Shown piece by piece: positions 9,254 through 19,449 of a DNA stretch of 64,000 nucleotides. The stretch is from Desulfobacterales bacterium (GTDB lineage: Bacteria; Desulfobacterota; Desulfobacteria; Desulfobacterales; UBA5616). Position numbers and translations under genes: made by a program. The DNA is taken from NCBI GenBank assembly GCA_046483495.1, contig JAWODC010000001.1, positions 64,001-128,000 of the forward strand. The letters are read 5' to 3'. The notes below the pieces were generated by a model that was not told where the DNA came from, ran no database searches, and saw only the letters and a program-made list of their open reading frames with translations. Positions within the stretch are counted from its first letter, which is position 1. The number at the start of each line of letters is the position of its first letter.

Positions 9254-11170
9254 TTAGGTTGAAACTCGAAGGTGCCCTTTCTTCTCCAGATCATCGGCGA
9301 TGGACTTCAACCCCAGCTGTTCCATGGTCTTTCTAGTCGGCACACCCGAAGTCTTGTCCCATCCGACAATATCGTAATAATCATCCAGCATCCTATTAAA
9401 TTGCTTTTTATCCAGACACTCGCCTTTGTATGGCCCGCTGGGGACCGGCTCGTTCATAACCCGCCCGTGAAGCGTATCATCCTTTCGGGTAATTCCTTCA
9501 CGAACCAGATAGGCCCGTTCGATGATATTGATCCTGGAGGCGACTTCCTTTATTTTTTCTTCATCGAAATTTACTCCCGTCACTGCAGTTAACAGCTCCC
9601 CCATTTCCTTGAACCGGATAGGATTATTGAACCAATCGGTGGCAAATTTACAGACCCCGATGGTGTCCGCCATGGTGCAAATAGCGGAAAACAATGCTAC
9701 AGTCGTTCCCTTGCCCTCGTAAGAAAGTGGATCCGCCGCTTTTTCTGAACCATATAGAGCTTTTGATATCTCCGGCTTCATCTTACCAAATTCGATACCG
9801 GGCCATCCGCGTTGAGGATCGGCCCCGCGACTCGATACAGCGTCGGAAAGAGCGCATCCCTTCAGACTTCTTACATCAACCTGGTCGAGATCGCCGCCTT
9901 TTGCATGGGAGATGTAATTTTCAGCCCCTTTGCCAATCTTTTCTGCGGCTAACGCGGACCCATCCGCCAGGATATCACCAAGCCCCTCCCGGCAAATGGT
10001 TTTCATCAGCAGCTGGATTTGGCTTTCATAATTGCCCCATTCGAGTTCCAGTCCATCCGTATCCCCTTTATCGATTAGCCCACGCTGGTACCATTCAAAT
10101 GCCGCGGCCAATGTAACCCCTGATGTGTCGCCGCATATCCCGTATTCGTTGCAGATGTTGTTAATTTTCAGCAGTGCAGTCTCATCCGTATTTCCGCAGG
10201 CCGGGCCGTGGGCACTCATTATGCAAAATTCCGTGCCATGCCCCTTTTCCCCCATGAACGGCCCTTTTTTGATTTTGAATTCATGCTTGCAATGTATCGG
10301 ACATCCAAAGCAAGCTCTGGTTCCGGTAACATGTTTCATTAAATTTTGCGGAGAGTAGTTTTCAATGTAACTGATCCCCCCAATCAATTGGCCATTATTG
10401 GCCATGGACCGTCCGCCTGCATCGTAATTTCCCAAATATCCCATCGTTCCAACTTTGGAGAAAAATTTGTACCCCCGTCCTTGCTTCGTCTTATACAAAA
10501 TTTCTTTTGCCAGTGCTGCATATCGAGCCGGGTTTGCAGCGTAAAACCCACGGGTTCCTCTGACGGCAACAGCTTTCAATCGCTTTGACCCCATGACGGT
10601 GCCCATGCCTGTTTTTCCACACGCGTTTCCATGATCCGTCATGATCGAGGCAAACCGAACCAGATTTTCTCCGGCAGGGCCGATCGCCGCGATACGAATG
10701 CGGGGATCCTTTAGTTCGCCTCTTATGATCGTATAGGTTTCTGAAACCACTTTGCCCCAGAGATGATTTGCATCCCTGATTTCCACGGTGCCGTCATCAA
10801 TCCAGATATAAACCGGCGTGTCTGAAACACCCTCAACGACAAGGTGGTCGTAACCGGCCCATTTCAGTTCGGGACCGAAATGCCCTCCCGCATTTGAATC
10901 TCCAAGGATGCCGGTCAGAGGGGACTTGGCGCTGACGTGTATTCTGCCCGACGTGATCAAACCGGTTCCCGTCAAAGGAGAATTTCCAAAAATTATTTTA
11001 TTTTCATCACCGAGGGGATCAATTCCCGGTTTGGTGCCATCATATAACAGGAAAGAATTCGCCCCCCTTCCGCCGATAAAATGTTCTCTCAGCCGAAGCG
11101 GGTTTTCTTCGATGGTAATTTTTTTTTGACTCAGGTCGAGCCTTAAAATGTTTCCGGTCCATCCGTACAT
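9254..11170 (-). CDS. Aldehyde:ferredoxin oxidoreductase (AOR)-family tungstoenzyme with an atypical active site
   Basis: MYGWTGNILRLDLS, KSPLTG..GDSNAGG, IGPAGEN, GSKRLKAV, CFGCPIHC, DTIGVC, YY..GWD..GVP. Confidence 0.9.
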   Translation of the reverse strand: MYGWTGNILRLDLSQKKITIEENPLRLREHFIGGRGANSFLLYDGTKPGIDPLGDENKIIFGNSPLTGTGLITSGRIHVSAKSPLTGILGDSNAGGHFGPELKWAGYDHLVVEGVSDTPVYIWIDDGTVEIRDANHLWGKVVSETYTIIRGELKDPRIRIAAIGPAGENLVRFASIMTDHGNACGKTGMGTVMGSKRLKAVAVRGTRGFYAANPARYAALAKEILYKTKQGRGYKFFSKVGTMGYLGNYDAGGRSMANNGQLIGGISYIENYSPQNLMKHVTGTRACFGCPIHCKHEFKIKKGPFMGEKGHGTEFCIMSAHGPACGNTDETALLKINNICNEYGICGDTSGVTLAAAFEWYQRGLIDKGDTDGLELEWGNYESQIQLLMKTICREGLGDILADGSALAAEKIGKGAENYISHAKGGDLDQVDVRSLKGCALSDAVSSRGADPQRGWPGIEFGKMKPEISKALYGSEKAADPLSYEGKGTTVALFSAICTMADTIGVCKFATDWFNNPIRFKEMGELLTAVTGVNFDEEKIKEVASRINIIERAYLVREGITRKDDTLHGRVMNEPVPSGPYKGECLDKKQFNRMLDDYYDIVGWDKTSGVPTRKTMEQLGLKSIADDLEKKGHLRVST

Positions 11171-11194
11171 AAAACCATTCTCCTCCTATGGCAA

Positions 11195-11656
11195 TCAGCC
11201 TTGTCGGTTCTTTTCGGACGCCTTCAATGCGGTCATGGCTTTTGTATCCACGTATTGCAGTGCTCCGGTTGGGCACCATTTCGCACATTCCGGATCTCCG
11301 CCGCAGAGATCGCATTTTATTACAGCATCCGTTTCGGGGTCGATCCGGATCGCGTTGAACGGGCATGCACCAACGCACTCGTAGCAACCGATGCATCCTT
11401 CAGGAACCATGAAAACGATTCCGCTCTCCTTGCTTCTGCGGATAGGCTTTTTCCCTTCAACCGGACAGGCTTTTTCGCAGGGCGGTGATACGCAATGCCG
11501 GCATATCATCGGGTACACGGTATCTTTATGATTCTGATAAATCCAGATCCTTGCTTTGGCAGGGTTAAACATGCCCGTTTTCATTAGAGAGCATGCCATC
11601 TCGCACATTCTACAGTTTACACACAGATCGGGTTTTGAGATGAGTTTATTGGCCAT
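11195..11656 (-). CDS. 4Fe-4S dicluster protein (AOR small subunit)
   Basis: CVNCRMCEMAC, CRHC..PPCEKACP, CIGCYECVGACP, KCDLCGGDPECAKWCP; directly upstream of the AOR gene. Confidence 0.9.
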   Translation of the reverse strand: MANKLISKPDLCVNCRMCEMACSLMKTGMFNPAKARIWIYQNHKDTVYPMICRHCVSPPCEKACPVEGKKPIRRSKESGIVFMVPEGCIGCYECVGACPFNAIRIDPETDAVIKCDLCGGDPECAKWCPTGALQYVDTKAMTALKASEKNRQG

Positions 11657-11686
11657 TTCAACTCCTTTAAGAGCGCGGGGCCTCTT

Positions 11687-13039
11687 TTACTCGCCAGACA
11701 TAATCGCATCCGCGGCCATTCGGGCGCATTTGCCGATGGCCGACATGCTGATACCTCTTGCTTCCTGCGACGTGCCGGAAACGATAAATAAGTTTGGAAA
11801 ACCCGGAACCTTCATAGAAGGCCTCTTCTGACCGACAAAACCGGGAGATTGGGCAATACCGTATATGCCCGCATGGGCAATGCGCCAATGATTGGCATCC
11901 TTCAATTTAGGATAAAGCTGAATGGATTCCCTTTCCAGCATGGCAATGGTATCCCTTATCTCCCGCCTTACCTTGGCGCTTTTCCGGTTTAGCAAATCGG
12001 GCATTTCATCGTAGTGGCCTTGATAAGAGACATGAAATTGGTACTCTCCGCTTTTGCCACCATAGCCCGGCATGGGGAAAAAGATGCCGGAGAATCCCGA
12101 TTCCGGCAGGTTGGGGGCCAATCGGAATGTTCCAAGATCAAAAAGAGGTTCATCCAAGGCATAAATAATACTCCATGCCTGGCTGATTTTAGCTCCGATC
12201 CATTTCACCCAGTCCACCCACCAATTCGGAAATTGCGATTCATCCAGAACGGAAAAGATATCCCACATGGGAACTGTAATAATTACATGATCGGATTTCA
12301 GCGTTTCTACCGGCATAACCTGGCTGTGGAACAGCCGATCACCGGTTTCAATGTTGACACCGATCACTTTCCCATTTTTTATTTCAACCGATTCAACCGG
12401 AGAATTGAGTCTTACTTCACCGCCATTTTTCTCGATGCAGTTCCTGAGCGGTTTAAGTATGCTTAGCATTCCACCTTTGATCACACCGGCAATATCTCTT
12501 AGTTTTCTTCCGGTATCCAGGATGTCGCGCAAAACGTAAATCATCTCACCTGCGGAATAGGTTTCGAACCTGTTTCCTACGCTGGTAGAGCACCCTAAAT
12601 AGAAAAAAAGCAGCCGGATACCGGGATCGTTTGAAATGCCGGCCACCCAATCATTTAACGGCACGTCATTCAGACTTGATATTTCATCACTCGAAAGTTT
12701 CATAATATTGCCTAAAACTTCCCTGAACATGTCCTGAGAGAATAGAGATCTTGAGCTTTGCCATTTTCCATCGATATAAATTTCGCTGTCCGGCAGGGGA
12801 AGGATTTCCGGATAAGGAATGTCGAGGTCCGAAAAAATGGATTCAAGATGACCGGATTGGGATGGGATATGAGCGCCATCGTCAAGCACATGGCCTTCGT
12901 ACAGTATACTTTTGGCACGACCGCCGATATCATGATCCTTCTCGAGCACCAGCACTCTTTTCCCTTTTTGAGCAAGCAAAGCACCCGAACATAAACCGCC
13001 ATACCCCGCGCCAACGATAATGACATCCCATTTACTCAT
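11687..13039 (-). CDS. FAD-dependent oxidoreductase, phytoene-desaturase-like family
   Basis: DVIIVGAGYGGL..LEK...IGGR, LDDGAH, KGGM, NLFIV; substrate unknown. Confidence 0.75.
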   Translation of the reverse strand: MSKWDVIIVGAGYGGLCSGALLAQKGKRVLVLEKDHDIGGRAKSILYEGHVLDDGAHIPSQSGHLESIFSDLDIPYPEILPLPDSEIYIDGKWQSSRSLFSQDMFREVLGNIMKLSSDEISSLNDVPLNDWVAGISNDPGIRLLFFYLGCSTSVGNRFETYSAGEMIYVLRDILDTGRKLRDIAGVIKGGMLSILKPLRNCIEKNGGEVRLNSPVESVEIKNGKVIGVNIETGDRLFHSQVMPVETLKSDHVIITVPMWDIFSVLDESQFPNWWVDWVKWIGAKISQAWSIIYALDEPLFDLGTFRLAPNLPESGFSGIFFPMPGYGGKSGEYQFHVSYQGHYDEMPDLLNRKSAKVRREIRDTIAMLERESIQLYPKLKDANHWRIAHAGIYGIAQSPGFVGQKRPSMKVPGFPNLFIVSGTSQEARGISMSAIGKCARMAADAIMSGE

Positions 13040-13106
13040 TTGTTGCTCTCCTTTTCTTGAGTTAATTATTTCAATTGAAATAAATTGCCGCGGCGGGAGA
13101 AAGTGC

Positions 13107-15029
13107 CTAAAGCATATCGACCCATTCGGTGGCGGCTTGGTACGCCTCTTCGATCGCTTCTTTTATTCTCCGGGGTTTCCGACTGTCACCTATAATGGTA
13201 TAGGGTATATGCATTTTCTTGATATCCTCCACGCCCACGGGATCGGCATCATATCCAATGGCGATAACCAACGCATCGGCCGAAAGGGACTTGTCTCCCT
13301 CCGGGGTTCGAATAACAACCTTAGAATTTGCCACCTTGACAACTTCGGCCGACGTAAAAATATGCACACCCGCTCTTTGCAGTCTTTTGAGCAATATCCA
13401 TCTCAGACTGGCGCCCATATCCTGCAGCGGTTTGGGCAAAATCTCGACGATGGATGCATTAGCACCTTTCCCGCACAAATATTCTGCCGTCTCGCCCCCG
13501 ACAATGCCCCCCCCGATTATAATTACATCACCTCCGGGAGTTTTTCTTCCAGACAAGACGTCAGCCGCTGTATAGCATGAAATCTCGTTCCTCCCTTCCA
13601 CGGCAAAGGTTTTCGCCTTTCCGCCTGTGGCAATGATTATGCCATCGAACTCTTTGAAGTTATGTACGTCATCATTCATTCTGACGCGGATCCCAAGTCG
13701 TTTTACTTCGTGCTCTAGAAAGGATACAAGATTTTTAATTTCCGTCTTAAAAGGCGGAACCGAGGCAATATTCAACTTGCCGCCCAATGCCCCCGCTTTT
13801 TCGCTAAGGACGACGATGTGCCCCCTGTGCGCCAGGATTCTGGCCGCCTCCATGCCCGCCGGTCCGCCTCCCAAAACCAGAACTTTTTTAGGCACATTTG
13901 CCGAAACTATATCTTCCTTTCCCAAATCCGGATTTATGGAACACTCGATTTGTGAACGGGCAAATGCGCTGTCAAAACAGTGGCAGCAGCAAATGCAGTA
14001 CCGAATCGAGGAATAATCCCTCCGGCAGGCTTTTGTGGGCCATTCCGGATCGGCGATTAGAGCTCTGCCAAGGGTTATCATGTCGAGCCGACCTTCTGCC
14101 ACTGCCGCTTCCGCAAATTCCGGGCGTGTTATTCTCATGGCACAGGATACCGGAATCGCCAGGTCTTTTTTTATTGCGGCCGCATATGGGATATTTACAC
14201 CATGGGGTACTGATGGGCCAATCTGGTGCTCCGGTGCATCATGCCACCCGGATGTAACATTGATCATATTAACGCCCCATCGTTCAGCCCGGACAGCAAC
14301 CTCGCGCTGGTCATCCGCATCAAGTCCGCCGGGGACTTTGTCTTCTGATGAAATACGTAAAATGATGGGATATGTATCGCCTACTTTTCCCCTGACGGCA
14401 TGGATAACTTCTTTGACAAACGTGAGTCTTTTTTCAAAGTCGCCGCCGTATCGATCGGTTCTGGTGTTCGTCAAAGGGGATAAAAACTGGCTGATCAGGT
14501 AACCGGTTGCGCCTAAAAGTTCAATTCCTTGAAATCCGGCTTTTTTTGCTCGCAGGGCAGCTTCTGAAAAGCATTCGACAATCTCTTCTACTTCATCGGT
14601 TGACAGTTCGCGGGGTTTTTCTTTTGTATACCTGGAAGCAATCGCAGACGGTGCAACCGGATCCATCCCGGTGACCGATTTCAAAGCGTACCGTCCTGCA
14701 TGATTCAACTGGAGAAACGGTACAGATCCACCCGATTTAATCGTATCGGCGATTTCCTTGAGTTGGGGCAGCCAACCGTCATGGTCGACGCCGAGTTGGA
14801 ATGCATCTTGCCGCCCTGCCGGATGGACATGACAAGCACCAACAATTATTGCCCCAACACCCCCTTGAGCTCGTTTGAGGTAGAATCGCTTCCATTTTTC
14901 ACTTGCCTTGACCCCCTGAATCGGAAAGTTCAGTATAAGAGCGGGCATAAGGACCCTGTTTTTTATCTCCACGTCACCAATTCGAATCGGTGAAAACAAG
15001 TTGATGTTTTCAGCATTTTTTTCCGTCAT
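13107..15029 (-). CDS. 2,4-dienoyl-CoA reductase (FadH)-like flavo-Fe-S oxidoreductase
   Basis: QLNHAGRY, GATGYLISQFLSP, NTRTDRYGG, GWHD, Fe-S CICCCHC..C, GGGPAGMEAA. Confidence 0.88.
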   Translation of the reverse strand: MTEKNAENINLFSPIRIGDVEIKNRVLMPALILNFPIQGVKASEKWKRFYLKRAQGGVGAIIVGACHVHPAGRQDAFQLGVDHDGWLPQLKEIADTIKSGGSVPFLQLNHAGRYALKSVTGMDPVAPSAIASRYTKEKPRELSTDEVEEIVECFSEAALRAKKAGFQGIELLGATGYLISQFLSPLTNTRTDRYGGDFEKRLTFVKEVIHAVRGKVGDTYPIILRISSEDKVPGGLDADDQREVAVRAERWGVNMINVTSGWHDAPEHQIGPSVPHGVNIPYAAAIKKDLAIPVSCAMRITRPEFAEAAVAEGRLDMITLGRALIADPEWPTKACRRDYSSIRYCICCCHCFDSAFARSQIECSINPDLGKEDIVSANVPKKVLVLGGGPAGMEAARILAHRGHIVVLSEKAGALGGKLNIASVPPFKTEIKNLVSFLEHEVKRLGIRVRMNDDVHNFKEFDGIIIATGGKAKTFAVEGRNEISCYTAADVLSGRKTPGGDVIIIGGGIVGGETAEYLCGKGANASIVEILPKPLQDMGASLRWILLKRLQRAGVHIFTSAEVVKVANSKVVIRTPEGDKSLSADALVIAIGYDADPVGVEDIKKMHIPYTIIGDSRKPRRIKEAIEEAYQAATEWVDML

Positions 15030-15260
15030 TGCCGCGCTCCCTATTGAGTCTGATCATTAGGGGATTGATGACCGTACGTAAAGTATTTCGTGATATCAAT
15101 TTCCGACCTAATAATCAGGGAAATCTTTTTATAGCTTGTTATCCAATTTTTTTTTCCATTATTTTTCAGCTACTTATTTATTAGGCGGATTTAGATTGGA
15201 TAGTTTTCTTTTTTTAATTGAACTGTATTTCGCCCTTTAAATTTATTTAATAAAATATCT

Positions 15261-15276
15261 ACTGACCGGTTGTCAA
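15261..15276 (-). promoter_or_regulatory. Putative TetR operator (ACTGACCGGTTGTC) overlapping a TTGACA -35 box of the long leftward operon
   Basis: Minus strand reads TTGACA-ACCGGTCAGT-AGATATTTTATTAA; matches the palindrome seen at other island promoters. Confidence 0.6.
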
Positions 15277-15422
15277 GTTTTTTAGTGCATCCATATAAAA
15301 TCCAAACACACATAACGATGCAAACAGCCATCCCTTCTGAATTTTCTGCATAAAAAGAAAATAATGAGATGAAAAGGTTATTTGAAATTTTTTATGACGC
15401 AAGCTCAACTTGTTAATATTAA

Positions 15423-16001
15423 CTACGATGAGAAGAGACGCCCTTCCAAAATTTTGTAAAATTGGTCGGCTATCTGATCGATGCTGTATTTGCCTTCTTC
15501 TGAGTACCAGATGCTGACCCAGTTGCACATCCCAAGTATCCCGTTTGTAACTACTGAAATATCCAAATCTTCGCCGAAGGATTCGTTCTCGGCTTTTATC
15601 TGTTGGATGATTTCCTTTACCAAATGTCCATAAATCCGGCGGCTTCGATTATATACAATTCTATTTTCATTACCCAGGTACCTGGATTCTCTTAAAAATA
15701 TATTCATACTCCGTTTATTTTTCGCCCAATGGTTCAGCTGGAACCTGAGAAATTTCTTTAATTTTTCATGACCTGAAAGTTCATCATCTTTGACGATAAG
15801 GAGCAAATGATGGGTCCATGCTTCCACATCCATCTTCACTATCGTAGCGAGTATTTCCTCCTTGCTTTTAAAATGATGAAGAACTCCGCTTTTGGTGATC
15901 CCCGATTTTTCCGCTATCATCTTAATAGAAGTGCCGTGGTATCCAAACTCGTCCATTAGTCCGATCGAAGCTTTCAATATTTTATCGTAATTATTTTTCA
16001 T
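15423..16001 (-). CDS. TetR/AcrR family transcriptional regulator
   Basis: GYHGTSIKMIAEKSGITKSGVLHHFKSKEEIL HTH; C-terminal ILGMCNW..WY of KstR2/PaaR-like TetRs. Confidence 0.92.
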   Translation of the reverse strand: MKNNYDKILKASIGLMDEFGYHGTSIKMIAEKSGITKSGVLHHFKSKEEILATIVKMDVEAWTHHLLLIVKDDELSGHEKLKKFLRFQLNHWAKNKRSMNIFLRESRYLGNENRIVYNRSRRIYGHLVKEIIQQIKAENESFGEDLDISVVTNGILGMCNWVSIWYSEEGKYSIDQIADQFYKILEGRLFSS

Positions 16002-16091
16002 TCGTTTCCATTTGCCAGTTCGATTTTATTGCACGGGTAAACCCTACGGTTTTAGATTGCCTTCTTCTGCTGTCCATTCATATTAATTTTT

Positions 16092-16107
16092 CCTGACCGA
16101 TTGTCAA
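16092..16107 (-). promoter_or_regulatory. Putative TetR autoregulatory operator (CCTGACCGATTGTC) overlapping a TTGACA -35 box
   Basis: Minus strand TTGACA-ATCGGTCAGG; nearly identical to the 15261 element. Confidence 0.55.
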
Positions 16108-16314
16108 GTTGAAAAATATCTATAACTTATTGTTTTCGTCCATTGAAATCCGAAAGATTGCTTAGGGTCGAGCCCAACAACATTTTACCGCAGGAAAATA
16201 CCATATGGTTTGAGAATATAAATCTCCATGTAAAAGCTGAAACGGGATATGCCCATTTTCGGAACGGGCGCCAAGGATCCGATCGAAGGCATATGAAGAT
16301 GGCAAAAACAATAA

Positions 16315-17457
16315 TTATATTTTTCCGATAATTGAACGGGCGATAAGCCTCCGTTGGATCTGTGTTGTACCCCCACCAATGGAAAACACCCTCGCATCCC
16401 TGAAATACCGTTCCACCGGAAATTCAGCCGTATATCCATATCCCCCAAATATCTGAATGGCGTTGCTTGTGTGGCGATTTACCATCTCCGAGGCAAACGC
16501 CTTTGCCATAGAAGCCTTCTCCACAAGATATTCGCCTTTTTCCATGTGATCCAAAAGGTCTTCGCACATGCATCGTGTTGCATAGATGTCAGTGGCCATA
16601 TCCGCCAACATTTCCTGAATACCCTGGAATGTGGCAATCGGCACTCCGAACTGTTTGCGCTGCCTGGCATAATCCCTTGCTGATTCCATTGCCGCCTCGG
16701 CGATGCCGGCGCAAGCAACGGCTACGGCAACCCGCTCAAAAGAAAAAAACCGGGTCGTTTCAACTAAACTCTTATTTCTTGTACCTAAAAGATTTTCTTT
16801 GGGCACCCGGCAATTTTCAAAAACGATTTCACAGGTAGGTGAGCATCTGTTTCCCAGCTTTTTCATTGGCTTTTCTGCTGAAAATCCAGGGGCTTTCGTT
16901 TCCACAATAAGGGTGCTTATGCCTCTGGGTTTAGCATCCGGTTCGGTTACGGTAACAACACATATAATATCGGCTATAGATCCATTTGTAATGAAGGTTT
17001 TTCGTCCATCAAGGATAAAATCATCGCCGTCCTCACGTGCCGATGTCAGGATGCCGGCAACATTGGAGCCGGCATCCGGTTCGGTAATGGCGATGGCCCC
17101 GATCGCATTCCCCTCTGAAAGTTCGGGCAAATACTTTTCCTTCTGCTCTTTGGTGCCAAACATGTCGATCCAATGCTGACAGAAAATATGCCCAAAAGCC
17201 GAGGTATAGAGACCGGCACATGCCTTTGCCAACTCCTCTGCTATAATCGCGGTCCCGAAAAAGTCATGCCCGCCGCCACCGTATTCTTCAGGCAGTATCA
17301 AACTTAAATACCCTAATTTCATAAGATCTTTAAAGATGACTTCGGGGAAAATGCCATCTCGGTCTATTTCATCGACAATGGGTTCAAGTTCTTTTTTTAA
17401 AAAAGATCTTATTTCTTTGCGAATTAATTTATGGGATTCTGTTTTTTCATAATTCAT
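16315..17457 (-). CDS. Acyl-CoA dehydrogenase
   Basis: PEEYGGGG, AITEPDAGS, GRKTFITNG, RKQFGVPI, QIFGGYGY, IGGGTTQIQR. Confidence 0.93.
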   Translation of the reverse strand: MNYEKTESHKLIRKEIRSFLKKELEPIVDEIDRDGIFPEVIFKDLMKLGYLSLILPEEYGGGGHDFFGTAIIAEELAKACAGLYTSAFGHIFCQHWIDMFGTKEQKEKYLPELSEGNAIGAIAITEPDAGSNVAGILTSAREDGDDFILDGRKTFITNGSIADIICVVTVTEPDAKPRGISTLIVETKAPGFSAEKPMKKLGNRCSPTCEIVFENCRVPKENLLGTRNKSLVETTRFFSFERVAVAVACAGIAEAAMESARDYARQRKQFGVPIATFQGIQEMLADMATDIYATRCMCEDLLDHMEKGEYLVEKASMAKAFASEMVNRHTSNAIQIFGGYGYTAEFPVERYFRDARVFSIGGGTTQIQRRLIARSIIGKI

Positions 17458-17612
17458 TTAAGGTCCTCGATTCCGATTTAGATTTCTTGCCGAACTAAAA
17501 TTTGCGGTTTTTGATAAAAGCTCAGGGACCCGGGGCACCTGCAATTAGATCGGATATCCGTGCCGATTATTATTTTCGCCTTTTAGATGGGCTGCGATTC
17601 TCGATTTTAAGT

Positions 17613-17628
17613 AACCAACCGGTTGGTT
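17613..17628. promoter_or_regulatory. Perfect 16-bp palindrome AACCAACCGGTTGGTT, putative TetR operator
   Basis: Lies in the divergent intergenic region between the ACAD and the hydrolase; TTGACA on the minus strand at 17662-17667. Confidence 0.7.
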
Positions 17629-17869
17629 GATACATTTAGTCTTCTAACAAAGTTTATAAATTGTCAAGCTTTTTGTCTTCGTCATTTAAACGAACTGCCG
17701 TTGGTTTACTTTTCCTTAATCTGCAATTCCTTTCGCTTTTCTCATTCGAAAAGCTCATGTCGCCGCTTATTAAGCCTATTACAAAATAAAGTATGAGCGA
17801 AAAGTTTGCAATTATTCTTCTTAAATTGACAAAGTTATCTTTCATGTCTATTGATATTTTTTCTTTTAT

Positions 17870-18640
17870 ATGTTTTTTATGAGGCACCTATTAAGAAATT
17901 TGGTGATAATTTTGGCACTTGCAACTATCGATAATGCAACCATCGCCTATGACAGTCTGGGTAAAGGTCAGGCTATCGTTCTAATCCATGGATTTGCCGA
18001 AAACAGGCTCAGAAACTGGAAAATTACAGGCTGGTACGATTTTTTCACAGGCAACAACCGAAGAGTTGTCGCCCCCGACCTCAGAGGGCACGGAGAAAGC
18101 CAGAAGTTTTTAAGGCCAAGCGCATATACGGTTGACCTTTTATCCCTCGATATTGTGGGGCTTTTGGATCACCTTGAAATCGCAGAAGCCGATTTGATGG
18201 GGTTTTCAATGGGGGCATGGCTATCTGTTTACATCCTGGCCCATTATCCGATGCGTTTCCGATCGGTAATTTTATGCGGCATTGGAGAAAACTTGCTAAA
18301 ACGAGGTAGACTGGCCCGCCCGGCTCCCGCTTTAAAGGAGACATATGAGATGTCAGAAAGCGGATCCAATACCCGATATTTCACAAGAGATCTCAGGGCT
18401 CTGGCTGCCTTCTCACGTGGCTTTTCATCAATGGGGATGCCACCTCTGGAACAATTATCCGCCCCGGTTCTCGTAATCGGTGGAGAATCGGACAATGTCG
18501 TGGGCAGCCCCATGTGTTTCGTCCGCAAAATTCAGAATGCCACGGTCAAAATTATTTCCGGAACAGATCACACCTCTCTTTTGGCGGAGGAAACGCTGAA
18601 AAAATCCGTGCTTGATTTTCTAAACTTATATTCCCGCTGA
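17870..18640 (+). CDS. Alpha/beta hydrolase
   Basis: IHGF, DLRGHG, GFSMG nucleophile elbow, GESD and DH triad residues; true start may be TTG 17912. Confidence 0.88.
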   Translation: MFFMRHLLRNLVIILALATIDNATIAYDSLGKGQAIVLIHGFAENRLRNWKITGWYDFFTGNNRRVVAPDLRGHGESQKFLRPSAYTVDLLSLDIVGLLDHLEIAEADLMGFSMGAWLSVYILAHYPMRFRSVILCGIGENLLKRGRLARPAPALKETYEMSESGSNTRYFTRDLRALAAFSRGFSSMGMPPLEQLSAPVLVIGGESDNVVGSPMCFVRKIQNATVKIISGTDHTSLLAEETLKKSVLDFLNLYSR

Positions 18641-18744
18641 TTTTTCATCCGATTGATGATATTTCGGCTGCACCTCCCAAATCCAACCAATTTAACTTGA
18701 CAAATCAGCTTTCTTTTGACAGAACGGATCGCAAAGGAAATTAG

Positions 18745-18758
18745 ACCAACCGGTCGGT
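18745..18758. promoter_or_regulatory. Putative TetR operator ACCAACCGGTCGGT
   Basis: Near-perfect palindrome downstream of TTGACA boxes (18697, 18716) and upstream of the 18835 ORF. Confidence 0.7.
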
Positions 18759-18834
18759 ATGCATTCCAAGGGGGCTGAATTTCAACAAAAGCACACCATA
18801 TTGTTCTTGATAATTCGGCTAGGGAGAATTGTCT

Positions 18835-19317
18835 ATGAAGCTTTTTCAATCTACATGTGAAGATTTATTCACTAACGAATCCGAAAATTATTCGACACCA
18901 TCATGTGATGGAAGACTCACGGATGATCTTGTGCTGAAAAAAAAGGACTATTACATATATTATGCCGTAAACGGAGAATTCTCCTTTTATAAGGTTAAAA
19001 TCCTGCAAGTTTCTTCAGCGATTACATCCGATTCCTTACTGGCTGTTCCTGAAGTCTGGGACATCAGAAAATGTGATTTGACAAAAATAACTGAAAAAGA
19101 AATTTTAAAAATGTCTTTCGCCCTTACTGAAAAATTTCAATTTTTACCGGGTGAAAAAATGATAGCTTTAATAATCAACAATATATTTCAAGAAAAATTA
19201 GTGGGATTGTTGAAATGGTATATTGATGATGACATTATCAAAGTTAAGGTTTTCGCTGACTTCGAGGATGCTGACGATTGGCTTAAACGAAAGAATAAAG
19301 TCCATATATTGCCTTGA
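18835..19317 (+). CDS. Hypothetical protein, possibly STAS/SpoIIAA-like
   Basis: GGGAG RBS; WDIR..., IALII and C-terminal KVFADFEDADDWL resemble SpoIIAA-like proteins. Confidence 0.55.
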   Translation: MKLFQSTCEDLFTNESENYSTPSCDGRLTDDLVLKKKDYYIYYAVNGEFSFYKVKILQVSSAITSDSLLAVPEVWDIRKCDLTKITEKEILKMSFALTEKFQFLPGEKMIALIINNIFQEKLVGLLKWYIDDDIIKVKVFADFEDADDWLKRKNKVHILP

Positions 19318-19389
19318 CATCGTTATATGTCTTATCGTCGGCCTTCGAAAGAAAAACAGTCTGCCAAGCACCTTTCCGATCACCGTTTA

Positions 19390-19403
19390 AACGACCGGAC
19401 AGT
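19390..19403. promoter_or_regulatory. Degenerate operator copy AACGACCGGACAGT
   Basis: 11 of 14 positions match ACCGACCGGTCGGT; lies 46 bp upstream of the CoA ligase. Confidence 0.35.
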
Positions 19404-19449
19404 TTTTTCTTTTAACTGAACCTCCAACGTTCCATTAGGGCGAACTATT

